Source: Octopus sinensis (lineage: Eukaryota). From it: a DNA stretch of 64,000 bases. This document shows, one piece after another, positions 12,790 through 26,869 of the stretch. The notes beneath the pieces are model-generated. The model had not been told where the DNA came from. It searched no databases and worked only from the letters and a program-made list of their open reading frames with translations. The stretch's first letter is position 1. The number at the start of each line of letters is the position of its first letter. The position numbers and the translations under genes are program-made. The stretch is taken from positions 59,272,001 to 59,336,000 of the forward strand of contig NC_043008.1 of assembly GCF_006345805.1 (NCBI RefSeq), read 5' to 3'.

Positions 12790-14240
12790 AGTGTCATTGA
12801 ACCCTGGTCTTTTTCTATGAATATTTTTCTTTTCTCTACTTCCTGCATCAGTTCGCTGTTGTTCTTGCGATCAACTGTTATATTGATGAGGCGTTCGGGT
12901 TCTCTAGTAAGTTGTACGAGTTGTTTTTGTGATTGTAGTTTCTCTTCGTGTATTTGTTTCTGCTTTGGTGTTTTTGTAGATGAGGTTGTGGTTGAATGAG
13001 TGTGCATTGCTTTTGTTGTTGGGATTTGGGTTAGTGTATCGGTGTGTTGTTAGAGTAGCTAAAGGATTAGGGGAATTTTCCTCGTCCTGTCTTATCATTT
13101 TCAGCTTAGGACGGCATTTGCTTGAATTATTTTTCCGTTTTTCCCCAAAACAAATTTTTCGTGGGGTCTTCAATGCCTCCTCGCCGCATAAAAAGGCTTC
13201 TAAATCGCCAGCGTCGGGAGTACATGGTGTATCTGTGTCGCCTGTCTGTAGGGATGGTCGGGCGTTGCTTGTTTCCACCGCTACAGTTCTTGGTACCATT
13301 GTGGTGGTGGGATTCTTTGAAGATGTTGATTTAATGGCTGTTCCTGCAATGGTTATTGTTGCAGCTTTTGACCTTCTTGTGGTGGTGGTAGCAAAGTAGC
13401 CGTTTCTGGAGTTCCATTTTGTTGTTGTTGTGGGCAGAGGGCCTTCAAATGTGTGTTAGACCCACAAGTATGGCACCTTAGCTTTCTGCCTTCCACCACG
13501 ATCAGGAGTTGAACCCCGCTAGGTAGCTCGACAAGGTTGGGGACATCGTCCAGGGATTCCGGTTTTACCTGGATCAAAATCCCCAACCCGATTCCGGACC
13601 AGTTCTCCTTCTGATATTTTTTAATTTCTAGAAGCGAATCCGAGCCTTCGACTACTGCGCATGCAACCAAACACCAAATGTGTAATTCTGGTGGCACATC
13701 TGATATTTTAACTTTCACCACCCGTCGTCCAAGGTATATGGGAAGGAGAAGGATATCCTCGTGTTTGCACTGGACCATTGAGCGTTTTGGGGCCATGCCT
13801 CAGTGAGGAACCTCACTTCCACAAAATCATATTGTCTCCCTCGCGTGAGGAAATCAATATCAGTTCAAATGCCCTTCAAGCATTTTTCGACTTGGGTGTG
13901 TGCCACAGTGAAGATTTCCCTCGTCTTCAGCGGCACACATTTTTATACGATGGTCCTTCTGGCCGTCTTCTCCATAAAATCTGAAAGAATAGCATGCTTG
14001 GTTTTCCTACGCCCTCTATTGAGGAGTTTTTGTGCTTCACTCAGGTACGCATGTTTTCCTTCCGGGGAGATTTGCTCCTGCAATTTTGTTACTCCTGCAA
14101 AGAAGTTATTTTTATCGTTGCTGTTATTGTTGGTGTTGACTATATCGTTTTTGTTGCTGGTGTTATTCCTGCTGTTCTTAGTGTTAGTCGGAGCCAAAGC
14201 GATGCTATTGTTTGAGGTGATGTTCATATCGTTGACCGAA
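12790..14240 (-). mobile_element. L1/Tx1-like LINE ORF1 (gag-like) remnant
   Basis: Zinc knuckle CHTCGSNTHLKALC (CX2CX4HX4C) after GRRVVKVKI..LIVVEGRK; low-complexity T/N/K-rich flanks; broken frame. Confidence 0.75.
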
Positions 14241-14295
14241 GTAAGCAAGCTACTTGCTAACGGTGTGAAATCATTTATATCATTTATATACCAGT

Positions 14296-14690
14296 GGCGA
14301 GCTGGCAGAAACGTTAGCTCGCCGGGCAAAATGCGTAGTCGTATTTCGCCTGCCGTTACGTTCTGAGTTCAAATTCCACCGAGATCGACTTTGCCTTTCA
14401 TCCTTTCGGAGTCGATAAATTAAGGACCAGTTACGCACTGGGGTCGATATAATCGACTTAATCCGTTTGTCTGTCCTTGTTTCTCCTCTCTGTGTTTAGC
14501 CCCTTTGTGGGTAGTAAAGAAACAGGTATTCCGTCTGCCGCTACGTTCTGAGTTCAAATTCCGCCGAAGTCGACTTTGCCTTTCATCCTTTCGGAGTCGA
14601 TAAATTAAGGACCAGTTACGCACTGGGGTCGATATAATGTCCTTGTTTGTCTTCTCTGTGTTTCGCTCCTTGTGGGTAGTAAAGAAATAG
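14296..14690 (+). mobile_element. SINE family A head-to-tail multimer
   Basis: Full unit, restart at GGTATTCCGTCTGCC (about 14526), then a repeated tail. Confidence 0.85.
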
Positions 14691-15023
14691 AAATAATTTA
14701 TACCGTTACTGTACTGCTTATTTCTCTCTCTCGTCATAGCTTTATTGTTGTTGTTGTTGTTGCTGCTGCTGCTGCTGCTGTTGCTGTTGCTGTCATTGTT
14801 GCTGTTGTTGCTCGTAGTGGTCGCGGAAGAGGTGATTGTGGGGGTGGTGTCGGAGTTGTTGTTGTTTATAATTGGGACGGTTATCTTGTTTTGCCTGCTT
14901 GCTTGTCTGGCAGTCACACCAACAGACGTACAACTGTCACCCTCTCTAATTTTTGTAGCAAGACACTCCTCTGCCTCTCCCCCTCTCTCATCAACGACTG
15001 AAACTCCTCGAAGCTATTTCTTG

Positions 15024-15511
15024 CTCTTTTACTCTTTTACTTGTTTCAGTCATTTGACTGTGGCCATGCTGAAGCACCGCTTTTAGTCGAGAAAATCGAC
15101 CCCAGGACATATTCTTTGTAAGCCTAGTACTTATTCTACCAGTCTCTTTTGCTGAACCGCCAAGTTACGGAGGACGTAAACACACCGGCATCGGTTGTCA
15201 AGCGATGTTGGGGTGACAAGTACTGACATACAAACATACACACAAACATACATATATACGACGAGTTTCTTTCAGTTTCCGTCTAACAAATCCACTCACA
15301 AGGCTTTGGTCGGCGCGAGGCTATAGTAGAAGACATTTCCCCAAGGTGCCACGCAGTGGGACTGAACCCGGAACCATGTGGTTCGTCAGTATTTTCTGCC
15401 GAACCGCTATGTTACGGAGACCTAAGCACACCATCATCGGTTGTCAAGCGATGTTGGGGGGGGAGCGACAAGCACAGACACAGACACACACACACATATA
15501 TATATATATAT

Positions 15512-15549
<38 letters not shown>

Positions 15550-15650
15550 TACGACGGGCTTCTTTCAGTTTCCGTCTACCAAATCCACTCACAAGGCTTT
15601 GGTCGACCCGAGGCTATAGTACAAGACACTTGCTCAAGGTGCCACGCATT
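15024..15650 (-). mobile_element. Two overlapping SINE family B copies with internal (TA/CA)n
   Basis: Tail CTTGTTTCAGTCATTTGACTG..; head pieces GGGACTGAACCCGGAACCATGTGG. Confidence 0.8.
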
Positions 15651-15907
15651 GAGCAAAATTCTAAATTTTTCCACGTCGAATAAAAAATGGAATAAATTCG
15701 ATAAGACTCCCAAGAAACAGGGGGACTTTTAACAAAAAAGGAACTCACCAACAGATAATAATAATCCTTCATACTAGCGGCGGCGGGGGGGGGGGGAACT
15801 AGTCGATTACATCGACCCCAATGTTTCACTGGTTCTTAATTAATTTATCAACTCCGAAAGGAGTTTTGCCCGGCGTAAATTTTGCTAACGATTCTGAGAG
15901 CTCGCCG

Positions 15908-15958
<51 letters not shown>

Positions 15959-16043
15959 GATGATGATGATGATGATGATGATGAATTCATTTATTTATTA
16001 CCGGGGCGAAGGATGAGGGAATATAATAATAATAATAATAATA

Positions 16044-16099
<56 letters not shown>

Positions 16100-16187
16100 C
16101 ATTACATAATAGCAATAATAATAATAACGGGAGCCATAAAAATTAGTAGTAGTAGTAGTTGTAGTAGTAGTAGTAGTAGTAGTAGTA

Positions 16188-16231
<44 letters not shown>

Positions 16232-17305
16232 AACAGCATTAATTCTAGTTTGTTAACAGCAACCAATACCATATACTTGCTAACAGTCTGAAATTGGGAC
16301 AGTGCATGTTTTACCAACGATGAATTTCACGTATCGTGTTACTTTCATTTGATAACATGGTCTCTGCAGGAATGCATGCTTACTGCAGAAAATATCAGCA
16401 GCTGAAAGCCTCCAGTCAACTAATGCTTTATGAGTGTGAGTTTGTATAAGGAAATAGCACAGAAGCCTGTCTTATGTATACATCTACACACATCTACGCA
16501 CACATGCACACACAAAAACAAACACAGACATATATTGTATGAAGGAATATTCACATGTATCTATGTGTTTATGTATATATATATATATTATATATATATA
16601 TATATAATATATATATATATTATATATATATAAGCAAAATAAGCAACAAGGATATCCACCAGAGGTAATGCAGTACGATCTTTTCACGCAACTCCATTTA
16701 ATTGAACAATGCAACCATTACATCAATTTAAATGCAGAGCAATCCTCAGCTGCACAAAGACACAGAATTTGATTAATTTAAAACAGATGGACACATTAGT
16801 ATAATTTTACTTAAAATCCCCAAAAAGTTAAGGAGATAGACAAAGAACATGCTGCCTTCAATTCAGCTTAGAAGCTACTAAAGTATCAGGAAGAAAGAAT
16901 TGTTACAGATTTTGCTTTTCACTGTTTTATGGGGTCAGTTTTAATTTATAGACTAGTTTTATCAAACCCTTGTATAACTAAGGCCGAGATATATATGTGC
17001 GTGTGTATGTGTGTGTGGTTTTAAGGTTCTCGCGAAAGGCTTGGTTGGAGGTCCAACCTTCCGAGTTCTTTTACAGGGTTCAGAAAAACTGTAGTCCGCT
17101 GGAATAAATGTGTGAATCTGAGAGGGGAATATGTTGAATAAAATCATAATTAACTGATCCTACTGTATTTTTTATTTTTACCCAGAGCCAAGAACTTTCC
17201 AGCAATTCCTCGTGTGTGTGTATGTATATATAATGTAATGATGCGTGATAGAAAATTCAACTAAAAAGTGCTCCATCTGGTGAGCAATAAATATTATTTA
17301 TTTAA

Positions 17306-17348
17306 AGGTCACATTACATGTAGCGCTTTAATACATGTATTGTGACCT
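17306..17348. mobile_element. Tiny TIR-only element with TTAA flanks (Kolobok-like termini)
   Basis: TTAA|AGGTCACATTACATGTA-9 nt-TACATGTATTGTGACCT|TTAA. Confidence 0.6.
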
Positions 17349-17352
17349 TTAA

Positions 17353-17422
<70 letters not shown>

Positions 17423-17564
17423 CAAAGTAAACTTGTGTGTATGTATGTATGTATGTATGTATGTATGTATACATATAGCATCATATATGTTTATTGTTAA
17501 GCATATGTAAATGTTAAATAAAATGTTAAATATATACATGTATATTATACACACACACATATAT

Positions 17565-17595
<31 letters not shown>

Positions 17596-17601
17596 TACAT
17601 A

Positions 17602-17670
<69 letters not shown>

Positions 17671-19084
17671 AAGACAGACAGATAGACAGACAGGTAGACA
17701 GAGACAGGGAGAGAGAGAGTTGATGATGATGATCATGATGATGAATATGATGATGATGATGGTAGTGGTGATGATGATGATGACAACGACGACGACGACG
17801 ATGATGATGATAATGATGGGTTTCTGCAGCCGCCACTTACAAAATTCGCAGCCCACTCTAAGGCTTGGTGGTATGTTTGGGTTCGAACACAGAACAACGG
17901 AAATATTTTTCATTTTGTGTTTTTTTTTTTCGTTTTATAAAGCACGCAACCATCAGTGAGATGCGAGTGAAAACAGATGTTCTCAATGAAGTGTGAGTTA
18001 TTGTCGAATAATCTTTTATCGGTGAACTCGTGCAAGGCTTAGAAAGACATTAGACAAACTTTGAGGACTGAGGTTTAAGTTAAGGACTTAAAAGAATCGA
18101 TCATATACATTAAATCATATATAATCCACGTTTGAATAGGAGACTTTTCGCTGTTTTCATTGTTGTTATACAAGGTATGATTGATTTAATACTGTTATTA
18201 GCACGGTTAAGTGTAATATCAATAAGACACTACTACACTAGTTGCTATTGATTCCAGAAGCATGATCCTTAATACATAAAGATCGTAAAAAGCAGTCTCC
18301 TGAATCATTGACACATGTGGTGGATACAATTTTAAATCATTAAAAAAAATGTAGTATGATGGAGGCGATTTTTGTTTTCTAATCTTTGGTTTTTGTTGCA
18401 AACGTTCTGCCTTCATTATTTATTTTTTGGAAAGGACGGTATTAAAGTCGTACTTTCTCTGAAAATAAAGTTTTTACTATACCCTGGTAAGCTGAAAACA
18501 TCTCTGTTACTTAATGGAACACTCGGTAATTTTATAGAAAATGCTTACTGTAACTGCTTACTTTTGGGAACTGACAGTCCTTACTTACTGGCAATCTGTC
18601 GCTTCCAGTTGATCCGATTAACGTATAACCTGTCTGTGAGATTAATGTGCAAGTGGCTGAGCACTCTACAGACACACACACCCTTAACGTAGTTCTCAGG
18701 GGGATTCAGCGTGACACAGAATGTGACAAAGCTGACCCTTTGAATTACAGGTAGCGGTTTCTTTTGCCAATTAAGTTAACTGGAGCAACGTGAACTGTTT
18801 GCTCAGTTAAGCCTATTTTGAACCCGAACCAAAATTGGAAGCCTCTACGCGATTCCTCGTTCTCCCATCTCTTAGAAATATCATTAAAAACAATTTCAGA
18901 TATGGCCAGACCGCTTAAAAATGATAATAAAAGAACAGCATTCGATAACTTAGTTCTACGCATGAAAAAGACGGGATAGTTGTGGTTCACATCTCGAAAC
19001 ATCTCTCATTATAGATCTGACTTGGGGCTAAATAAGTAAAGCAGCAACACATTTTCAAATATGTGTTCTTGGCTGCTGGCCTTT

Positions 19085-19563
19085 ATATGTCTTTTATCTT
19101 TTATGTGTTTGGGCTGCGGTCATGCTGGGGCACTGCTTTGAAGGGTTTATTCGAACAAATTTACCCCAGTACTTACTAAATTTAAATCTGATACTTATTT
19201 TATCGATTGTATTTTGATGGAACACCAAGTTACGGAGACGTAAACAGACCAACACTGGTTTGCCAAGAGGTGGTAGGGGACAAACAAAAACACATCACAC
19301 ACACACATGCATATATACATATATGCATGTGTGTGTGTGTGTGTGTCTGTGTGTGTGTGTGTGTGTGTTTTTGTGTGTGTGTGTTTATACAACAGGCTTC
19401 TTCCAATTTCCGTTAACCAAATCCATTCACAAGGACTTGATCGACCCACGGTTACAGTAGAAGTCAAATGACGGAAGTTCTACGTAGAACCATGCAGTTG
19501 GAAAGAAAACTGGAACTATGTTATTGAGAAGCAAACTTCGTGCCACACAGACACGCCTGCGCC
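19085..19563 (-). mobile_element. Diverged SINE family B
   Basis: Head, (GT)n spacer and tail recognisable. Confidence 0.7.
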
Positions 19564-19599
19564 ATGATTAAAATGAATAGAAAGTTTTACGTTACTCAC

Positions 19600-19802
19600 A
19601 AGATGTCGATGATGAATACAGTCGCCGTGAAAGACACCAGCAGTGCGAAGTACCTCCAGTTATAATTACGCATGAAATAGCCTGACATACCGAGAACCAA
19701 ACAAGACAGGGACCAATTTACTCCGCGGATCATTGAGATGAATGCTCGTCTTTCCGTTGGAAAAATCTCTAATGCTAAAGTTGCCGTTGGAACACTATAA
19801 CC
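19600..19802 (-). CDS. SLC22: SLC22 transporter exon 4 (TM4 end to TM6)
   Basis: CAG| acceptor; GYSVPTATLALEIFPTERRA..RNYNWRYF; donor TT|GTGAGT; 203 nt, phase 2. Confidence 0.93.
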
Positions 19803-19961
19803 CTGTGGCAAAAAACACACGAAAAATAACGTTACATTTATGTATATATATATATATATATATACGGTATATAGTTCAAATTTAGAGAAAACAAAAGAAG
19901 ACAGTAAAGGGAGAAGAAGTAGCAGATGCATTTGCTTAACGCTCGGGAAGAATGGAAAAGT

Positions 19962-19997
19962 AATTGACGTTCCGAGCCTACGCTCTTCGATAGAAAG
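19962..19997 (-). ncRNA. Degenerate minimal hammerhead-like motif (same repeat family as 23296-23331)
   Basis: CTTT CTATCGAA GAGC-GTAG-GCTC GGAA CG TC; both core boxes mutated. Confidence 0.3.
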
Positions 19998-20061
19998 GAC
20001 GGAGGGGAAAAGAAACAGAGGGATTAACGTTTCAACGGTCCAACATGTGGAAATAGTGTAT

Positions 20062-20103
<42 letters not shown>

Positions 20104-20240
20104 ATATTATATAGAGGGCATTATTACACATAAATGCCACACGCTAAGAGGGTCTTTCAAAGCCATTACTACCAAAAATAAACGAATCGTACCGAATGCA
20201 GCTCTCGAAGCAAGACATTTAAAAACAGAATTTAGTTCCA

Positions 20241-20290
20241 GATCACCAGTGATTTCGCAATTACGTATTATCTACATCTTTTGTTCATCA

Positions 20291-20291
<1 letters not shown>
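20241..20291 (-). ncRNA. Degenerate type-I hammerhead-like motif
   Basis: CTGATGA-ACAA..ATGTA/TACGT..TTGC-GAAA-TCAC TG GTGA-T-C; stem I 5' strand replaced by (TA)n; A.C mismatch at the base of stem II. Confidence 0.4.
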
Positions 20292-20373
<82 letters not shown>

Positions 20374-20585
20374 TATATATACAAAATATGACTTGAAAAA
20401 GATGGTCCTCGCCAACTTCAATGATTGTTGAGAGTTTATACCTACGATTCCAACAGGAGTTGGGAGCCTATGTCAAGACAAATATTGTTTGGGGCATATA
20501 GACACGTTGACAAGCATTGCAAGGTGACTGGTACTATTTTGAATGCAAATTTTATGCCAGAGTATCTTTCTCCTAGAAGAACTGC

Positions 20586-20790
<205 letters not shown>

Positions 20791-21107
20791 TCACTTAAAT
20801 ATAAATAAAACATATATACAGATGGTATTTCATAGAAGACTAAGTTAATAAGTCAGCGACCGTACATAAATCTGGCCAGAATATATGTTAAAGAGGTTCT
20901 CTATTCTAGTTACATCAGTTGTACATTGTTTTCCGAAGCCGGCTTTAACGATATTGTACAAGTATTTGGGCTACAATTTACGAATTTTATGTCTTTTATT
21001 TTATTTATTTTTTTTTTTTTTGGAACAGTTTAAAGCAAAACAGTCGATGACGTTGAGGAGCATTAAGATTACAGATGTGATTAAGAAACAGTTAATTGAC
21101 ACGGTGT

Positions 21108-21341
21108 AGGCGGCGAGCTGGCAGAAACGTTAGCACGCCGGGCGAAATGCGTAGCCGTATTTCGTCTGTCGCTACGTTGTGAGTTCAAATTCCGCCGAGG
21201 TCGACTTTGCCTTTCCTCCTTTCGGGGTCGATAAATTAAGTACCAGTTACGCACTGGGGTCGGTGTAATCGACTTAATACCTATGTCTGTCCTTGTTTGT
21301 CCCCTCTGTGTTTAGCCCCTTGTGGGTAATAAAGAAATAGG
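21108..21341 (+). mobile_element. SINE family A, full long-tail copy
   Basis: Head to ..AAAGAAATAGG tail. Confidence 0.9.
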
Positions 21342-21529
21342 TGTACTGGAAGCCATATAAATATTGGATAAGAATTTCGTGTATCATAATAATTCGCACT
21401 GGGTATCAAAATGACATCATGACTGTTGCTCAATAATCTGTGAACACTATAAAAGCCTGTAAGCTGTGGCCAACAGGAAGGGACAGAGTAAGCACTCTGG
21501 CTGCGTCCGCTCACCAAGGTTCATACGGC

Positions 21530-21985
21530 AAAGCAGAACAAGGCCCTTAGCCTCAATACAAATACCTATGTTATGACGCTGGAGACTTTGATTAAAACCT
21601 GGCCAAAGAGGATTGCTGCTGGAAGGCCATATATGAGTGGCTGCAGGATTCGACCCCTTGCCATACCTCCGGCGAGTATCTGAAGAGACCAAGAAACCAT
21701 GGCTAACAGAAAGGGACAGAGCAAACCTCCGGAGAGAATCCGAAGTGGTTTTTGGAGAATTTGGACGACTTTACCAGCCCCAATTTCTGGCCTCCTAACT
21801 CTCCATCGTAATCTCATGGATTACTATGTGTAGGGTGCTATTGAGAAAGACACCAATCACTCTGCCTACATCACCAAAGCCGAGATGGTGGTCAAGATCA
21901 ATGTGGTCGAAGATTTTCCCACAAACACAGTGAGGAACCGTCTTGAAGCCGTGATGGAAATTGAGAGCGGTTACCTTTAGTAAAA
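21530..21985 (+). mobile_element. IS630-Tc1-mariner transposase C-terminal remnant, maT/DD37D-like
   Basis: AAGRPY.WLQDSTPCHTS..WFLEN..FWPPNSP..MDYYV.GAIE..RLEAV motifs; frameshifted, so D-D spacing could not be counted. Confidence 0.7.
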
Positions 21986-22210
21986 TGCTATATCCCTGCA
22001 ATAATTTAGTTGATATATTTTTAATTGCTTAAAATACTTTTATTTTTGGATGGGATAGAATATTTTCTTTTCCTTTATGTCAACTGTCTAATTTAACCCT
22101 GCAATGAATTTAAATATGCTAATATGCTTTTTTATATAATGAATTTCTCTTTTTTAAGGGACTTTGAAATTTTATGCGTTGGTCATTAAAATAATAAAAT
22201 AGTGGTTAGA

Positions 22211-22424
22211 AGGCGGCGAAGTGGCAGAAACGTTAGCACGCCGGGCGAAATACTTAGCGGTATTTTGTCTGTCTTTACGTTCCGAGTTCAAATTCCGCCG
22301 AGGTCGACTTTACCTTTCATCCTCTCGGGGTCGATAAATTAAGTACCATTTGCGTACTGGGGTCGATCTAGTCGACTGGCCCCCTCCCACAAAATTTCGG
22401 GCCTTGTGGCTAGAGTAGAAAAGA
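22211..22424 (+). mobile_element. SINE family A ending about 20 bp from the exon 3 donor
   Basis: Head, core and short tail. Confidence 0.9.
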
Positions 22425-22444
22425 ATAAAATAGTGTTTAGTTAC

Positions 22445-22675
22445 CTGCTCGAAGCATCCAATGAAAAATCGCAGTACCAGGAATGGAACCAGTGATGGAA
22501 TGAAGACCACAGCAAATGAACAGACCCAGATAGCTGCTTGGCAGAATATAATTACTGGTCGCCGGCCACAACGGTCTGCGAAATATGGTATTACAAACGC
22601 TCCAACTGTCATACCAATCACCAGTATTGTCTGTGAAAGGGCACCAAATGCTCTCTTCCCGCAGACTAAATCCCA
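22445..22675 (-). CDS. SLC22: SLC22 transporter exon 3 (WDLVC, TM2-TM4)
   Basis: TAG|TGGGATTTAGTCTGC = WDLVC; MFS motif A ADRCGRRP; LRFFIG; donor CAG|GTAACT; 231 nt, phase 0-0. Confidence 0.95.
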
Positions 22676-23295
22676 CTATAACAAAGATGGTAAAAAAAAT
22701 TATGATATTTTTCATGATGAAATTTGAAGAATCAGCGGAAGGAAATGCTTTTATGTTATATCATGAATATTAGAGTTGAGGGCATTTATGAGACAAACAT
22801 TTTATAATGACAGCGATGCGAGTTAGAGACGAGAGTAGATCAGAGAGATTTTAATTAATTGGGTTGATTTTTAAGATCTAAGTTCAAATTTTAAAGGAAG
22901 GGGTAAATTTTTTCTTAATAATTCCCTATTCAAATATGGTATTGACCTTGCCTGTGTAGACCTTTGTGGAAATACTTACAATCCTTGACAGTTGAATTGT
23001 GTTATGGATACCTCTAGGTGCAGCTTTAGATGGAGTTAAAACCGAGTCATTTGTCCTTCAAAGAGACTACAATGCACATGTTGCCGTCGGTTACTTAAGA
23101 AGGTAAGGTATCAATGAAATTAATAGAAATCCAGTATTGGCATCGGTTCAAAATGGAATATAATATTTCGCTTTAACAAGGCTTTTTTTATAGGGAGAAT
23201 TCACAAAAAAACAAAACAAAAAAAAAAAAAGGCGATGACAGGTGGTGTAGACAATAAACAGATGTACTAGTATAACGCTCAGGGCGTGAAAAAGT

Positions 23296-23331
23296 CTTTA
23301 ACATTTCGAGCCTACGCTCTTTCTCAGAAAG
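23296..23331 (-). ncRNA. Minimal type-I hammerhead-like motif (variant core with an extra A)
   Basis: CTTT CTGAGAAA GAGC-GTAG-GCTC GAAA TG T T AAAG; stems I and II pair; core imperfect. Confidence 0.4.
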
Positions 23332-23762
23332 GAACACAGTAAAAAAAACAAGGAGAGAAAATTAAGAATGTGTAGTGGCTAGCGATCTATCATATATTCT
23401 TATTTTTATAACACATAAAAAGCATAGAATGATAAACAAAATTTAGTAACCTGAGGATAATAAATCAATGCCTCTACAATACGAGACGAGGTATTTCTAT
23501 TGCAATGACGTACATATAGACAACAAATTAATTTTTAGATAATATTTTATACTAATATGAACTTCTTACGTTGATACGACTTCAAATATCTCAGGGGAGA
23601 GAAATTTAGTTAGATTAATTCCCTTCAATACATCTTTGATAATTATTTTACCAATTACTAATGGATTAAGGGAAGATTAGGCAACTGGTTGACGTAGCTA
23701 AATAATACATTTAAATCTGGTATTTTACAATTATTACTGCTCCAATAATTATATGCATATCC

Positions 23763-23795
<33 letters not shown>

Positions 23796-24254
23796 CATAC
23801 ATACATACATACATACATACATACATACATACATACATACATACATACATACATAAATAGTGTTGTTGATGTTGAAATTCCAATGAAGGCACCTTGAATC
23901 TAGGTTAGAAAACAGCTCTTTCTCTATTGGCAAGAAATCTTGAAATAAAACTGAACAATGGCATACATGCATGCATACATATATACATGCATACATACAT
24001 ACATACATACACCGGAGCTATACGCTTTACAGTAGAAGCGGTGTTTGATCCTCGTAGGCAATGTTACAAATTTGTTTGCTTATTCATCTATATTATTAAA
24101 TGAACACACAAGCACATATACACACATGCATATATACATACATATACATATGTATATAAATTTATGTGTGTGTGTGCTTGTGTGTATTTTTGTTTGTATG
24201 TATGTATATGTGCAGATTTGTGTGTTTTGCTTTATGTACGTATTCTCATGCACA

Positions 24255-25443
24255 TAGTTGCATATACAGACATGCTCATATGTATTTAAATGCTAAACTT
24301 TTACAGATATTTACAGTTCCAGTGATGAACTGGATCTGTAGTCTTCGAATTGGCTTTCTCCTTTCTGGTTTTGAGAAGCCTATTTTCTCAGGATTGGTAT
24401 TTAGACAGTGTGTTACATATCCCAGTGACCCTATAATTACATGTATAAACCTGAACTTGTAATCTGGATAGAGTAACTGCAGATTTCTCAATAGTTCAGC
24501 ATAGGCATTCTCTTTTTCACTGATCCTTAGCTTTACGTTAACATCCGTTGGGCAACTAATTTCCACAACTCTACATAGTTTCTCTTCTCTCTCTCAAATC
24601 ATTATATCATGTCTGCTGTGCTTACATTTTATTGAGGTCTTCACTAGGACATTCCACCAGTATTCCTTTTTATTATGAGTGGCCATGGCTTCTTCTGTAC
24701 TGTGGGTTCTTATTTCTTTGTCCTCGGGGTTATCCTTCTGATGGATTTCATTATAGAATGTCCTAGCTACAACATCATGCCTCATCGGTAGATAATACCG
24801 TAGTGACGTTTTCAGACAACTGGTTATAATGTGGGTGATATCTTCAGCGTCAACTCCACAAAGTCTGCATCTATTCTATTGCTTTTCCTGCATCTCTATC
24901 CATTTTGTGCATCAGGTACTTGGGGTGATATTTCCTGTTCCTGAATTGCAAACGCATACCCTTCAAAGTTGGAAGTAGTAATCCGGCTATTGGTCCATGA
25001 TAGACTGCTTTCATGATCAATGTTACTATCATCTCGGAGCTTTCTATTAACATATCCACGCATAGTCTTCTGCTCATATAGGCTTATCTTTTCATCTGAT
25101 GTTACGTTGCGGTAGAGTCGTCCGACTTCTTTGGGTATGTATTCTAGGTTATCAGACAAAGGATGTTGCTCAAGGAGGTGCCGTGCAAGTTTTATGATGT
25201 CATCAGTCTCATGTAGGCAAACTTGGTCAAGGAATAGACTTCGTCATTTGGAGGTTAAAAGATGTTGCCGAAGAGATATGATACGGCATTTAAAAGCATT
25301 TTGGATCGATGTTAAGCCTCTGTAGCATTGTTTTCGTTTTAGGTCGAGGCGGTCTACGTCACTGTTTATGTGGAAATTATATGTGCTTTTTAGTAATTTT
25401 CGGGTTTTCACATCAATGGTTCGGATCTCATCAAGAGTCCAAT
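24255..25443 (-). mobile_element. R4/Dong-like (RLE-encoding) LINE 3' fragment
   Basis: [23 protein letters not shown]; EGYAFAIQEQ; RHDVVAR; EISCP..IIGSLG; multiple frameshifts. Confidence 0.85.
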
Positions 25444-25695
25444 CATGTATGTATGTATGTATGTATGTATGTATGTATGTATGTATGTATGTATGTATGT
25501 ATGTATGTATGTATGTATGTATTGTATGTATGTATGTATGTATGTATGTATGTATGTATGTATGTGTGTATGTATGTATGTATGTATGTATGTATGTATG
25601 TATGTATGTATGTATGTGTATGTATGTATGTATGTATGTATGTATGTATGTATGTATGTATGCATGTATGTATGTATGTGTATGTATGTATGTAC
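25444..25695. repeat. (TATG)n microsatellite
   Basis: Direct reading. Confidence 0.95.
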
Positions 25696-25929
25696 AGAAA
25701 GGCCATTGGATAATGTAAACCCAAGTACACTGTTTCTACTGAAGAAAAAAGGAACATCAGTTTGATCAGTTATCTTCTCGATCCTGTCTGACCAAGGGCT
25801 AAACTACAACAACAACAACAACAGCAGCAGCAGCTGCAACGACAAGTATTTGAAAATTTTAAATTGCGTGCTTTAAATCCCGTACAAGAAATGATTGCCC
25901 TTATCCTATACGAGTTCCATACCCATGGT

Positions 25930-26161
25930 TATCGTGAATACCACCACCACCGCCACTACTACCACTACCACTACTGCCACTTTCATCACCACCACCGCCT
26001 TCATCATCATCATCATCATCACAATTATCGACATTCTTATCGTCGTCGTTGTCGTCGTTGACATCACTACTACTACTACCATCACAGCCACAACCACCAT
26101 CATCACCACCATCACCGTTATTACCATCATCATCATCGTTATAACCATCATCCTCATCTCC

Positions 26162-26195
<34 letters not shown>

Positions 26196-26352
26196 TGAAC
26201 AGCAGCAGCCAAAGCAACAGCTTCTTGTAGTCATCGTCATCACCATCATCACCGCCGCCGCCGCCACCACCACCACCACAACAACAACAACCACCATCAT
26301 CATCATCACCACCACCATCACCATCATCACCATCACCATCATCATCACCATC
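25930..26352. repeat. Compound (CAT/CAC/CTA/CGT)n trinucleotide tract
   Basis: Direct reading; produces spurious homopolymeric ORFs. Confidence 0.9.
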
Positions 26353-26782
26353 AAGTCAAGGTCGAGGACACATGCAGCTGCCATTCTAAAGCGGAAATAA
26401 ACTACAGGGTGGTCGTTGCCCTTCTTGATTGAATTAACAGTTCTCCCTTACTTCTCTTTCTTCTTTCATCTCTTCTCTCATTCATTCTTCTTTTATTCAT
26501 TTAGTTATTTATCTTATTCATTTCAACCCGTATTTCTTTTATCATATTCGAATTCATTTATTCATACGTCTGTATTTTTTATGTTTTTGTGTTTGCCTTT
26601 GTATGTATATACACACACACACAGACACACACAAAGACAATTGCAGCGTGGAAAATGTTTATAAGCCATTTAAGAAAACAAAAAGACATTAGATCCACTT
26701 CGACATTTAAATTTAATTTGTATCAAAATATTTTCGTCGTTTTCAAACCACGACCTGTTCCCTAACAAAACTTGCTTGTGTG

Positions 26783-26816
<34 letters not shown>

Positions 26817-26834
26817 GCGTGTGCGTGTGCGTGT

Positions 26835-26869
<35 letters not shown>

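Noticed and set aside
13353-13796. Possible host zinc-knuckle gene
   Set aside because: Context, broken frames and motif match LINE ORF1.
25309-25765. MYVC/HTYI, YLSI, IYIY, THTH and CVCV repeat ORFs here and throughout
   Set aside because: Di- and tetranucleotide microsatellite translations.
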